The notes under the pieces: model-generated
Database searches by the model: none
What the model was told of the DNA's origin: nothing
Seen by the model: the letters and a program-made list of their open reading frames with translations, nothing else
From: Chiloscyllium plagiosum
Taxonomy: Eukaryota
Direction: 5' to 3'
DNA: 64,000 nt
Assembly: GCF_004010195.1 (NCBI RefSeq)
Contig: NC_057749.1
Location: forward strand, 22,540,976 to 22,604,975
Shown: positions 23,828 to 36,517 of the stretch, piece by piece
How the letters are laid out: every line of letters starts with the position of its first letter
How positions within the stretch are numbered: position 1 is the stretch's first letter
Made by a program: the position numbers and the translations under genes

Positions 23828-24689
23828 TGCAATATTAAAATGTTCACGGGCTGAAAGACGTACCCTCAAGAAAATGTGCAAATTTCCTAAGGAAGTTACT
23901 CACACCTTGGCACACATTGTTGAGGAGGATGGAAGAAGGTCAGGCCTACAGAAAATGAAGGCCTTTTCAAAGCTTTCCGATCCAAAGTAGGTGCATGACC
24001 TGCAGAGGTTTCCTGTTTTGGTAAGTTGGCAGAGTTGTTGCTTTCACTTAGCCACGCCCACTGAATCCTTGCGAGACCTCCGCTAGAAGGCATAAGGATA
24101 GCGCTGGGACTCAAAGGAAGATGCTTTCTGAAGATACATGGACATACATCCAAAGACTTCCTGGCATACTCCAAACCACTTTGGCATGCTATGAACCATC
24201 CTTTCCAATTGCCGTAGCTGTGGGTGTTTCAACACTAGGCAGAGGAGTGTTGATCTTTCAGGGGCAACCAAATGGATATTGGCAACCGGTGCATGATGCT
24301 TCAAGATAGACTGCACAGTTAAGAAGGATCTTTCTTGGGGTTATAAGGCCTGGGCATAGAGAGCTGCAGCTCCCCATGAGACCACGGCCAAGAGTGAGTG
24401 GCAACTGCTTATGTTTGACCTACTGTATTGCTGCAAACTATCACTGTGGACAGGGGTAAAGACGTTATGTGCCACCAACAAAGAAGAGATATCAGGGTTG
24501 GGTATGAAATGTTCACCACACGTGGGGATCCTCTGATCATGTCAGACAATGGATTGCAGTTTGCTAATGAGGCCTTTCAGCCATTTTGGATTGGAGCTTG
24601 GGGGGAAAGATGAGGTAGGATTCAAATGGACAAATCCTTTTTGGAGAAAAATTAGGTTTCTATCCAGCTTTGTGTAGTTACCAGGAACC

Positions 24690-24771
24690 GGCCCACCCCG
24701 GTCACTGGGGTCCAGCACAACCCGGTCACCGGGGTTCGACCCAGTCCAATTACTGGGGTTTGGCCCACCCC
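24690..24771. repeat. 24-bp degenerate tandem repeat, about 3.5 units
   Basis: ggcccaccccggtcactggggtcc / agcacaacccggtcaccggggttc / gacccagtccaattactggggttt / ggcccacccc. Confidence 0.7.
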
Positions 24772-25189
24772 ATTGTGAGTTGTTGCTAACAACATTGTTG
24801 ATGGAGAGAAAACTAAAAATTGCTACGAAAGAGGTTGTCTCAAAGTTGAGTCCACGGTAATACAAAACTGTTTGTAAGAATATTACAAACATCATCACTC
24901 TGCTGAGTATAAAAAGCACCTTGGACAATAGGCTTGCTCCAGTCTGAGAGAGATAACTGGTGGCAGCTGAACCAAAGGGTCCTAACCCTGCAGGTGAGGG
25001 GAGAGGTTGAGAAGGAAAGTCCGTGATGGCACTTCAGCCTGTGTGGAAATATAACCCAATGCTATTGGTATCGCTCTGCATTACAAACCAACCATCCAAC
25101 CAATGAGCTAACAGCCAATTCCTGATTCCTGCATTGTCTTCCTGCATACAGTGCATATATTCCACTTTTATAACTTGTGTGTCCCTGTG

Positions 25190-25561
25190 GGAGAAAGTGA
25201 GGACTGCAAATGCTGGAGATCAGAGCTGAAAATGTGTTGCTGGAAAAGCGCAGCAGGTCAGGCAGCAACCAAGGAGCAGGAGAATCGACGTTTCGGGCAT
25301 GAGCCGTTCTTCAGGAATGAGGAAAGTGTGTCCAGCAGGCTAAGATAAAAGGTAGGGAGGAGGGACTTGGGGGAGGGGCGTTGGGAATGCGATAGGTGGA
25401 AGGAGGTTAAGGTGAGAGTGATAGGCCGGAGTGGAGGTGGGGGTGGAGAGGTCAGGAAGAAGATTGCAGGTTAGGAAGGTGGTGCTGAGTTCGAGGGTTG
25501 GGATTGAGACAAGGTGGGGGGAGGGGAAATGAGGAAACTGGAGAAATCTGAGTTCATCCCT
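25190..25561 (-). mobile_element. 5'-truncated Penelope-like 3' end with TSD
   Basis: gagaaagtgaggactgca..aggaatgagg..gagaaatctgagttcatccc; flanked by tgtgtgtccctgtg on both sides. Confidence 0.8.
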
Positions 25562-25883
25562 TGTGTGTGTCCCTGTGCATTGCATGTGTACTGGTTATTC
25601 CATTGTACAGCCTATCCTTATTATTGCATGGAGTACGTGTTCCTGTGTGTTTCCATACACCGTGTGTGTACAATCAGTTCCTGGTTCCAGCATATATTAT
25701 GCTGCTGTGTGCCATGTAGTTACATGTTCAGTGTTCCTGTATGCAGTGAGTGTGCAGGGTGTTCCTGTATGCAATCTGTGTTTTCATGTTTGTTAATTAG
25801 CAATTACTATGCACAGCTGAAAATGTGTTGCTGGAAAAGCGCAGCAGGTCAGGCAGCATCCAGGGAACAGGAGAATCGACGTT

Positions 25884-27507
25884 TGGGTACACCTGATCAG
25901 GTCCTGGGGAATTACCCACCTTTATGCGTTTCAAGACATCCAGCACTTCCTCCTCTGTAATGTGGACATTTTGCAAGATGTCACCATCTTTTTCCCTACA
26001 TTCTATATCTTCCATATCCTTTTCCACAGTAAATACTGATGCAAAATATTCATTCAGTATCGCCCCCATTTTCTGCTGCACCACATAAAGGCTGCCTTGC
26101 TGATCTTTGAGGGCTCTATTCTCTTCCTCGTTACCCTTTTGTCCTTAATGTATTTGTAAAAACCGTTTGGATTCTCCTTAATTCTATTTGCCAAAGCTAT
26201 CTCATGTTCCCTTTTTGCCCTCCTGATTTCGCTCTTAAGTATACTCTTACTTCCTTTATACTCTTCTAAGGATTCACTCGACCTATCCTGTCTATACTTG
26301 ACATATGCTTCCTTCTTTTTATTAACCAAATCCTCAATTTCTTTAGTCATCCAGCATTCCCTATACTTACCAGCCTTTCCTTTCACCCGGACAGGAATAT
26401 ACTTTCTCTGGATTCTTGTTTTCCAGCCGTCCCTTTACCTGCGAACATCTGCTTCCAATCAGCTTTTGAAAGTTCTTGCCAAATACCGTCAAAATTGGCC
26501 TTTCTCCAATTTAGAACTTCAACTTTTAGATCTGGTCTATCCTTTTCCATCACTATTTTAAATCAAATGGAATTATGGTCGCTGGCGCCAAAGTGCTCCC
26601 CCACTGACACCTCAGTCACCTGCCCTGCCTTATTTCCCAACAGTAGGTCATGTTTTGCACCTTCTCTAGTAGGTACATCCACATACTGAGTCAGAAAATT
26701 TTCTTGTACACATTTAACAAATTCCTCTCCATCTAAACCTTTAATACTATGGCAGTCCCAGTCTATGTTTGGAAAGTGAAAATCCACCACCATAACACCC
26801 TATTATTCTTACAGATGGTAGAGATCTCGTTACAGGTTTGTTTCTCAATTTCCCTCTGACTATTAGGGTGTTTATAGTACAATCCCAATAAGGTGATTAT
26901 CCCTTTCTTATTTCTCAGTTCCACCCAAATAACTTCCCTGGATGTATTTCCAGGAACATCCTCCCTTAGCACAGCTGAAATGCTATCCTTTATCAAAAAC
27001 ACCACTCCCCCTCCTCTCTTGCCTCCCTTGCTATCCTTCCTGTAGCATTTGTATCCTGGAACACTAAGCTGCCAGTCCTGCCCATCCCTGAGCCATGTTT
27101 CTCTATTTGCTATGATATCCCAGTCCCATGTTCCTAACCATGCCCTGAGTTAATCTGCCTTCCCTGTTAGGCCACTTGCATTGAAATAAATGCAGTTAAA
27201 TATATTACTCCAACCTTGTCCCTGCCTGCCCTGACTGTTTGATTCTCTTCTCTTCTCAACTGTACCAGTCTCAGATTGATCTCTTTCCTCACTATCTCCC
27301 AAGGTCCCACCGGCCCTCACTAGCTCGTAGCACCGGGAGTAATCCAAATATTACTACTCTTGAGGGCCTCCTTTTTAAATTCCTGTCTAACTCTCTGTCA
27401 TCACCCTTCAGAATCTCAACCTCTTCCCTTCTTATGGCATTGGTTCCAATGTGGACAATGACCTCTTGCTGGCCCCTCTCCCCCTTGAGAATATTCTGAA
27501 CCCTCTT
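25884..27507 (-). mobile_element. CR1 LINE fragment (ORF1 esterase end and ORF2 APE endonuclease)
   Basis: VQNILKGERGQQEVIVHIGTN (SGNH esterase), CIYFNASGLTGKAD, EVIWVELRNKKG..LGLYY, DFHFPNIDW..FLTQYVDVPTREGAKHDLLLGN. Confidence 0.9.
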
Positions 27508-28739
27508 GTAGCTATTGTATTTAACTAGGCAATGGAACTTGCACCTAATGGTGTCATGGAATAAACAATACCTTAAGAAGACAAGTGCTTTGCCTTGTGA
27601 AGACTCACTTGTGGATCGTTTTTTTTTGTGAACTGAATAAGCCCTTAGACCCATTTGTAAACTTGTGGTGCTCTGGTAGTGTCAGTACCTCTGGCCTAGC
27701 AGGTCTGTGGCCCTTATGGGTACTCACAAAATGTTCAAACAGGTTGGTTTTAGCAAGAAGTTGTTGGCGGCAACTACCCCTACCCCAAAGACAAGTTGTT
27801 AGCTGGTTCTGCAGCACATTCTGACTAATCAGTACTATCTTCTGCGTATTTCCTCTTGTAAATTACAGATTTCCAATGTGTGCCATCTGTTTCGGTTTTC
27901 CCTCAGAGATGAATGGCTGAGTTTTGAAGTGAATTAGATTGCTACATTGTACAAGGCAAATGATCAACCTGCCATCTCTGCAATTGCTACCAATTCAAAT
28001 CTATTCTCTGGCCTATCCTTGTACTCTTTCTGACTCTTGATTTTCTTAAAATTATTCATTTCTATTTTCAAATCTATCATGGACCGTATGTAACCCACAT
28101 GTTTTGGTCAGACACCCTATAAGTCCTAATAAACTTCTATCCAGAACTAATTCCTCCTAATCTCTCTCTTCATTTTGCAGCTGATAAGATTACCCTTTAT
28201 AACCGTCTAAGATTTCCATGCTCCTCCAATTCTGACCTTTTAGGTATCCCCAGTTTTAATCAAGCCAAGATTAAATCATCTGGAATTCTCACTCAACTGG
28301 ATCTCTCTCTCTCGCACACACACACCTCCTTTAACATTGCTTTTTTGACTCAAGTCTTTGCCCAATTTTTCAAGGATCTCCTCACAATGGCTCAGTGTCA
28401 CATTTTGGCTGCTAATGCTCCTGCAAAGGGCACTGAGATCCTTTATTACATTAAAGCTGTTGTAATATGAACAGAAGTGATGAGCAACTCAATTATTGAG
28501 ACAGAATATTGTTTTAGATCATCAAAATCATGCAGTATTCTCTTGACTGTAAATAAACAAATCCTGTCGAAACATCTACATTATCCTTTTCTATTGTTAC
28601 CAGGTTTTCGTAAAAGCAAACCCAACTGCCTTAGTGTCTCTTTAATATTGCCAATTATTAATGTGAAGTCAGAAGCACTAATTTCCCTGTGTACAGCAAG
28701 TGTATTGCTTTGAAAAGTGTGTAAAGTAATGTGTACAGT

Positions 28740-29760
28740 AATGTGTTTCTGTGTGCATGTGTCTGTTTATTTTGATTGAGCAGTCTAATCCTGATTGCTG
28801 TGTGCACATTTGTGTACTGTGTGTTCTTATGTGCAGTGAGTTCCTCTATGCAGTGTGTTCCTGTATATCGCCTATGTACCAGCTAATCCTGTGTGGTCAA
28901 CTCCTCATTCCTGTTAGCACCATATTCCTGTAGTGTGTATCCCTTTTGTGTAGCTTCTATGTCCCTGTGCACTGCATCGAGTGGGTATTCTTCATTATTG
29001 TGTACACAACATGAATTCCTGTCTGGATCATGTGTGTTCCCATGTACTCAATGTACACAATCAGTTCCTAGTTCCAGCATACATTGTGTTCTCATGTGCC
29101 ACGTATTTCCTGTGTGCAATGAGTGTGCTCATGTGTGCAGTGTATTCCCCATGTCTATGTTTCTGTGTACCTTTTCTCTGTTGATTTTTATACACAGTCA
29201 ATTCCTGATTCCTGTGTGCGTTACTTTATTGCTATACCATTATTCCTGTGTGCAGTGGACTCCTCCTGCAGTGACAGTGTTTCTGTGTAACATGGGCCCA
29301 CCAACTTTTCCTGTCTACAGTCTATTCCTAATTCCTGCGCAGTGTGTGTTCCTATGTAATATGGTGTACCTACTTTTCCTGTGTAGCATCTATTCCTGAT
29401 TCCTACATACATGTATTTACGTGTACCGTGTACTCCTGTGTGCCATGTGTCTTTTACAGTGTACTGGGTGCATAGTCTCTGTACATTGCATTTGTATGTG
29501 TAGTCTGTGTACTGGCTATTCCTATACACAATATACACTGTGCATACGGTGTTCCTATGTATTGTGTGCACAGTGAGTGTGTTCTTATATCCAGTTTATC
29601 CCTGATTCCAGTGTGCGGTGTGTCCCTCTATACAGTTTATCCCTGATTCCAGTGTGCAGTGTGGCTCTATATCTCTGATTCCCATGTGCAGTGTGTCCCT
29701 GTATTCAGTTTATCCCTGTTTCCTGTGTACAGTTAGAGTTCCTGTACACCGTATTTATTA
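28740..29760. repeat. Degenerate TG-rich satellite-like tract (ttcctgtgtgcagtg motif)
   Basis: Recurrent ttcctg(t/a)(g/a)tg(c/t)agtg, with clearer ca. 41-bp units at 29592-29730; a related tract lies at ca. 25120-25815. Confidence 0.7.
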
Positions 29761-30399
29761 TCCATCTCTCACAGATTTACATTCTTTTGAGTTCAGAAAA
29801 TTGAAGGTGATCCAACGATGGCTATAATGATCAAGTGACTTATTAGCACAGATGATGATAAATATCACAGATATATTTGCTTTGTGGATGCCATCAGAAA
29901 GAGAGTACCATCTTAGAAGTGGAGATAGTTAGGCAGGGGTAAAATTAGGACGCACCTTATCATACAAAATTTCTTTGGCATTCCAGATAAATTGGAGTCC
30001 TTAAGGCTGCTGTGATAAGATTCTTACTGGGTACTAATTTGTTGGGGTATGGAGCAAAGGTAGGCATTGATCATAACTATCTAAAACCTTGACTGTAACA
30101 AAATGTTGGAATGGGGAGCTGTGATAAACGGCCTCCTGTTGTTTCTGTTCCCAACCACCACACAGTAATTATAATCCGCGAGCTTGCAATGTCAAGATTT
30201 AACCTCCACCCAGTTTTTCTTCATGATCTGACGTGTAACGCTGGGTTGACAGACAGGGTGGTGAAATTCAAATGGAGACTTACTTCAGATAAAAGCACTC
30301 GCAATGAGCTACAGCACTCTGCCAGCACCACTTCAAACTTTCTCCTGTCGGTGAAGTCCTGTTTTCAATAGGTGTCCTGTTTGAATGGTTTTGTTGTTG

Positions 30400-30412
30400 G
30401 TTGCTAAGCAAC
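30400..30412. promoter_or_regulatory. Palindromic RFX X-box-like motif
   Basis: GTTGCT-A-AGCAAC perfect palindrome in unique DNA; AP-1 TGAGTCA at 30420-30426. Motif match only. Confidence 0.35.
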
Positions 30413-30857
30413 TCTTTTGTGAGTCATCTTTTCATGAGCCTGCAGGGGCCTCCCTTGACACTGAGCGTGCCTCTCTCATACTCTCTGCCCACTTTTGAAG
30501 CACAGCTCCCAGTGGCTAACACCTGTTGACCGATCCCCATAACAGCTAGTACATGCTGAGGCCAACACCAAAGCCTCAGAGTATACATTTACAACATGAT
30601 GTTCCATCAGAGCTCTGCAACATGGGAAGCTCAAACACATTGTGTTCAGCTATGAGAGCCTGCTTTGATCCAGATAATAAAACAAACTCTCTGCTCAGGG
30701 AGAGGTGGGCTTCACAGGGAAGTTGATGAGAAGGGCATTGCTTGTCACTGGCCACTCTGCTGTTTCCTTTCTTCCTGGTGGTGGAATATAAGTAAAAGAA
30801 AACTCTCACTCTAGCCATAGCCATTCCCTCGGACGCTAGGAAACCTTTCACTCTGTT

Positions 30858-31155
30858 CTGGCACGGTGGCTCAGTGGTCAGCACTGCTGCCTCACTGCGT
30901 CAGGGACCGGGTTCGATTCCAGCCTCCCTGTCTTCCTCCGGGTGCTCTGGTTTCCTCCCACAGTCCAAAGATGTGCAGGTTAGGATGGATTGGCCAAGAT
31001 AAATTGCCCATAGTGTTCAGGAATGTACAGGCTAGGTGGGTTGGCCATGGGAAATGCAGGGCTACAGGGACAGAGTGGGGGTAAGTAGGATGCTCTTCAG
31101 AGGGTCTGTGTATACCCAATGGACTGAATGGCCTGCTACCACATTGATGGGAATC
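30858..31155 (+). mobile_element. HE1-like V-SINE
   Basis: ggcacggtggctcagtggtcagcactgctgcctcac..gggttcgattcc. Confidence 0.85.
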
Positions 31156-33332
31156 AGGTCCCAATAGTCAAGTGGCCTTCCCATTCACTCATATGCCCCC
31201 TCAGGCAAGTGGGATAGCTAGAAAAGAGCTTGCCCTGTGGCTGAGAAAGTGGCTCATCCACTGACAACGATTCAGGCGTCTGGTGCTCCAGGTCACAAAG
31301 TGTTACAAGTTCCCACACCCCAGCCTTGTGTCCTGCCAGTGTACAGTGTACATACATGAAATAATCTCAAAGACATGATAATCTTGAGTGGCACTGTCAG
31401 ATGAAATGCTGGTTTCAAAGGTGTGGTACACTGGAGTGTAACATTTGACCATCAGCTCAGGCTGTCTTGCTGTTGTTGCAATATCTAATCGCAATGAATA
31501 CACTCACCCCCAGCGACTAATAGACACTTAACGACTTTATGCTTCTAACAATGCAAATTGCTCTCAGATCAAGATCAGTCAGTTTTAAATATTGCATTCA
31601 AATTATCCAATGAAGTGGTGTGAATCCCCGTCGACAATTCATACCATATCTACACAGTCTCCTTGCTTGGAAAATAAATAAATCCTTTGGGGAAAGACAC
31701 ATTTAGTATTTTTTTTTAAGCTGAGAGAATTGCAATGCAAAGTTCAGCTCCTGTCCAATTACGTCCAATGCTGTCTCAGTGTTTGGATAGTTCCACTGTG
31801 AACTGCTGGCTGGTCCCACATGGGCCAGGAGATGCTGCAAGGCCAGCACATATTTCAACTTGCTGGCACATCCTAAAGGGGAGAGCTTCACTCCGTCGTA
31901 AGGTCTGAAGGCATATTTGCCCATCGGAAAATGAGCAGTACCACTCAGAGCTCCTCACTGCAAAAATCGTATCCATGCCGAGCTAGACCCGTCCAACATT
32001 TACATTTGAGCTAAGTAGCAAATAATATTCCTGCCACATAAATGCCAAGCAATGATGGCCTCCAACAAGGTAGAGGAGTCCACAACTAGAGGGCATAGGC
32101 GAGAGGGGAAAGATTCACAAGTGTTGGGGATTGAGTGGTGATAGTGCTATTGAATGTCAAGGGGAGATGGATAGATTCTCACTTAGAGTCATAGAGATGT
32201 ACACCACGGAAACAGACCCTTTGGTCCAACTCATCCATGCCAACTAGATAGCCAAAATTAATCTAGTCCCATTTGCTAGCATTTGGCCCATATCCCTCTC
32301 ACCCTTCCTATTCACATACCCATCCAGATGCCTTTTAAAAATGTTGTAATTGTATCAGCCCCCACCACTACCTCTAGCAGCTCATTCCTTACACATTCCA
32401 TTCCTGATGAAGAGCTCCAGCCCAAAACGTCGATTTTCCTGCTCCTCGGATGCTGCCTGACCTGTTGTGCTTTTTCAGCAACACACTCTTGACTCTGATC
32501 ACCAGCATCTGCAGACTCACTGTCTCCCATTCCATGCACACACGACCCTCTGTGTGAAAAAGTTGATTCGTAGGTCTCTTTTACATCTTTCCCCTCTCAC
32601 CTAGAAATCTAAGCCCCCACAATAGTCACAGGAGAGTCAACTTAAACATAACTCACCAGCAGAGCAGAGCAGCATCTTTGTGCACCTATTCCTAGACATG
32701 AACATTGTAACACTGGTAAATGAAATGGGAATGAAATCCCTTTGCCCATCTCAACAGATAACTCATTCTGACAAAGAATTGTAATTAGAACAGTTTTCAC
32801 AGTAGATGGGCTGAAGGCTTTATTTTGTGCTGTGGATCTCTATGACAAAAGTCAAAAGGTCACTATTTCTTCCCACAGTTGAGTTGAATTTCCAATGGGA
32901 ATGTGGTAAACGTGTTCACTGAAGACTGTGTGTCGTGCAACAGTGCCACTGGTCTCTCTGTAATCCAGCGCAGGAAGGAACTCACAACAGATGCTCAAAA
33001 ACCTAATATCAGGACCACAGTCTGCCATGCAAACAGAGCTCACCTGCTTGTAGCCACTTTTCATTCCTCTCACTAATGGCACGTCTACTGCACTCAGAAA
33101 AGCTGCCACACAACAGGCAAGTCAAAGCCATGTACAACAGATGGCTGCAATTGAACAGAATATCCAGCTCATAATCAGAAACAATTTGAGCTTTCTGTCC
33201 ACGTGATCTCTCCCTCGGTGCCGGCATCAGTTGAAGCTATACCCACTGCACTCACTTTTCAAATTCTTCATCATTCAAAATCCGCATCCAACTCTGATAA
33301 TCACCAATTTAACTTGTAAACACCACAACAGC

Positions 33333-33830
33333 AGCCTATTGGAAAAATATTGTGAAACTTGAAAGGGTTCAGAAAAGATTCACAGGAATGTTGCCAGGTT
33401 TGGAGGATTTGAGCTATAGGGAGAGGCTGAATAGGCTGGGGCTGTTTTCCCCGGACCTTATAGAGGTTTACAAAATTATGAGGGGCATAGATAGGATAAA
33501 TACAGCAAAGTCTTTTCCCTGAGATGGGGGAGTCAAGAACTACAGGGCATAGGTTTAGGATGAGAAGGGAAAGATATAAAAGAGACCTAAGGGGCAACTT
33601 GTTCACGCAAAGGGTGGTACATGTATGGAATGTTCTGCCAGAGGATATGGTGGAGGCTGGTACAATTGCAAGATTTAAAAGTCATTTTGATGGGTATATG
33701 AATAGGGAGGGTTTGGAGGGATATGGACCGGGTGCTGGCAGGTGGGACTAGATTGGGTTGGGATATCTGGTCAGCATGGACAGGTTGGACCGAAGGGTCT
33801 GTTTCCATGCTGTATATCTCTATGACTCTA
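33333..33830 (+). mobile_element. CR1 LINE 3' end
   Basis: GESRTTGHRFRMRRERYKRDLRGNLFTQRVVHVWNVLPE; tail ctctatgactcta. Confidence 0.9.
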
Positions 33831-33884
33831 AAACATGATCAAGCAATCAACCGAGAATTCTGAAAATCAATTGATCATGAATGA

Positions 33885-34195
33885 ACGGTGGCTCAGTGGT
33901 TAGCACTGCTGCCTCACAGCACCAGGGTTCCAGGTTCGATTCCAGCCTCGGATGACTGTCTGTGTGGAGTTTGAACAATCTCCCTGTGTCTGCATGGGTT
34001 ACCTCCATGTGCTCCAGTTTCCTCCCACAGTCCAAAGATGTGCAGGTCAGGTGAACTGGCCATGCTAGAATGCGCATCATGTTAGGTGCATTAGTGAGAG
34101 GGAGGTGAGCCTGGGTGGGTTACTCTATGGAGGGTCGGTATGGACTGGTTGGGCCAAAGGGCCTGTTTCCACACTGTAGGGAATCTAATCTAATT
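33885..34195 (+). mobile_element. HE1-like V-SINE
   Basis: Head, V-domain and gaatctaatctaat tail. Confidence 0.9.
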
Positions 34196-34234
34196 TACAA
34201 AACAGCATAAACAAATCACAAATAAGTTCGTAAA

Positions 34235-34442
34235 CAACGAAAGAACCGCGGATGCTGTCAATCAGAACCAAAAACAGAAATTGCTGGAAAAGCTCAGCAG
34301 GTCTGGCAGCATCTGTGGAGAGAAATCAGAGTTTATGTTTAGGGTCGAGTGACCCTTCCTCAGAACCTGAAAGTTAACTCTGATTTCTCTCCACAGATGC
34401 TGCCAGACCTGCTGAGCTTTTCCAGCAATTTCAGTTTTGTTC
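34235..34442. mobile_element. Palindromic PLE terminal insertion (family B)
   Basis: aaattgctggaaaagctcagcaggtctggcagcatctgtggagagaaatcagagtt and its reverse complement flank a degenerate hammerhead core. Confidence 0.75.
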
Positions 34443-35067
34443 ACAAATAACCTCAGCTTGGTCTTTTCAACTCTTCCACCTTCAATCAGGTAAAGTGCAT
34501 ACATATAGAAATAGCGTCACAATATGACACAGTTGTGAAAGGGACCGCCACGAAGGCAATCATTTCATGTTTGAGTTGTTTCAGGAGCACTGTTCCACTT
34601 AGGCCTGTCTTGCTGTTAGGAAGCGAAGACTCAAGGTGAAAATTGTCTCCCGACCTGCAACACTGCAGACTTTCAGCTGCACTGATCTTTATACTTTGTG
34701 TGACAAATATTGTGGGAGTTATCATTTTCACAATTTTGTTGTGGAATTAGAAAATCACAAGTTAATTATTGTGTTGGCTCATGTCAAGTGGGATAGGGGT
34801 CTTGACAAGCATAGCTCCTGTGAGAAAATTACCCACATGTCCATATGCGCTGGAGGAATAGAGACAAGGAGAGCAAAGTAGAAAGAGAGAGAGGAACGAG
34901 GGAGAGAGAGCGAGAGAGACGGATAAAGATGGAGAGAAATAGATAAACAGATCCAGAGGCAGACAGAGACAGAGAGATAGTGAAAGCAATTAAAGAGGCA
35001 TAAAGAAAGAGAAGAGGATATAGGGAGAGGACAGAGGGATAAAGAAAAGACAGTGTGAGGTAGAGAG

Positions 35068-36517
35068 AGGGAGAGTGGTGGGGAAAAGGGACAAAACAGG
35101 GAGAAAAACAGAAAAGATATTCACTCAGAGGGAAGAATAAAGAAAATTACGGCACAGGAACAGGCCCTTCGGCCCTCCAAGCCTGCACCGATCCATATCT
35201 TCTATCTAAACCAGTCACCTATTTCCGAAGGTTCTGTATCCCTCTGCGCCCTGTATATTCATGTATTATATCTTAAATAGCGATATTTGCCCACCTCCCA
35301 CATTCCAGGCACCAACCACCCTCTGCGTAAAGAACTTTCCATGCATACCTCCCTTAAACTTTTCCCCTCTCACCTTGAGCTCAAGACCCCTAGTAATTGA
35401 GTCCCTCACTCTGGGGAAAAAGCTTCTTGCTATCCACCCTGACTATACCTCTCAGGATTTTGTCGACCTCAATCAGGTCCACCCTCAACCCCCATCTTTC
35501 TAATGAAAATAATCCTAATCTACTCAACCTCTCTTCATAGCTAGTGCCCAGGCAACATTCTGGTGAACCACCTCTGCATCCTCTCCAAAGCATCCACTTC
35601 TTTCTGTTAATGTGGCGACCGGAACTGTATGCAGTATTCCAAATGTGGCCGAACCAAAGTCCGACACAACTGTAACATGACCTGCCAACTCTCGTACTCA
35701 ATACTCCGTCCAATGAAGGAAAGCATGCCGTATGCCTTCTTGGCCACTCTATCGACCTGTGTTNNNNNNNNNNNNNNNNNNNNNNNNNNNNNNNNNNNNN
35801 NNNNNNNNNNNNNNAGGGAGAGTGGTGGGGAAAAGGGACAAAACAGGGAGAAAAACAGAAAAGATATTCACTCAGAGGGAAGAATAAAGAAAATTACGGC
35901 ACAGGAACAGGCCCTTCGGCCCTCCAAGCCTGCACCGATCCATATCTTCTATCTAAACCAGTCACCTATTTCCAAAGGTTCTGTATCCCTCTGCACCCTG
36001 TATATTCGTGTATTATATCTTAAATAGCGTTATTTGCCCAACTCCCACATTCCAGGCACCAACCACCCTCTGCGTAAAGAACTTTCCATGCATACCTCCC
36101 TTAAACTTTTCCCCTCTCACCTTGAGCTCATGACCCCTAGTAATGGAGTCCCTCACTCTGGGAAAAAGCTTCTCGCTATCCACCCTGACTATACCTCTCA
36201 AGATTTTGTAGGCCTCAATCAGGTCCACCCTCAACCTCCATCTTTCTAATGAAAATAATCCTAATCTACTCAACCTCTCTTCATAGCTAGTGCCCTCCGT
36301 ACCAGGCAACATTCTGGTGAACCACCTCTGCATCCTCTCCAAAGCATCCACTTCTTTCTGTTAACGTGGCGACCGGAACTGTATGCAGTATTCCAAATGT
36401 GGCCGAACCAAAGTCCAAGACAACTGTAACATGACCTGCCAACTCTCGTACTCAATACTCCGTCCAATGAAGGAAAGCATGCCGTATGCCTTCTTGACCA
36501 CTCTATCGACCTGTGTT
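35068..36517. repeat. Ca. 700-bp direct duplication across the N-gap (35068-35763 vs 35815-36517)
   Basis: Both copies start agggagagtggtggggaaaagg and run to acctgtgtt, with scattered substitutions and a small indel. Confidence 0.85.

Larger units (their letters stand above)
21730..24600 (+). mobile_element. Decayed Ty3/Gypsy LTR retrotransposon internal region
   Basis: In order: gag QSKEDLALEKAIQIAR, zinc knuckle CCICKGTGYFQKVCR, protease-like FKLGAGVNFTVLS, YPKLFTGL..GQLNTEY, RNase H LACYEPSFPIAVAVGVSTLG..QPNGYWQPVHDASR, integrase MFTTRGDPLIMSDNGLQFANEAF. Many stops, deletions and nested insertions. Confidence 0.8.

Noticed and set aside
28893..29399. Cys-rich 168-aa ORF (keratin-associated or metallothionein-like)
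   Set aside because: A product of TG-rich degenerate repeat; overlapping frames are similarly open and there is no regular Cys pattern.
31703..31976. Minus-strand ORFs of 66-73 aa in unique DNA
   Set aside because: No convincing splice sites or recognisable homology; the length is within chance expectation.
34462..34496. Polypyrimidine-CAG|GTAAAG recursive splice site
   Set aside because: The donor is suboptimal, no host intron is established, and such a match is expected by chance in 64 kb.
34860..35120. GA-rich purine tract (also 40310-40460)
   Set aside because: Ordinary degenerate microsatellite flanking the CR1 insertion.
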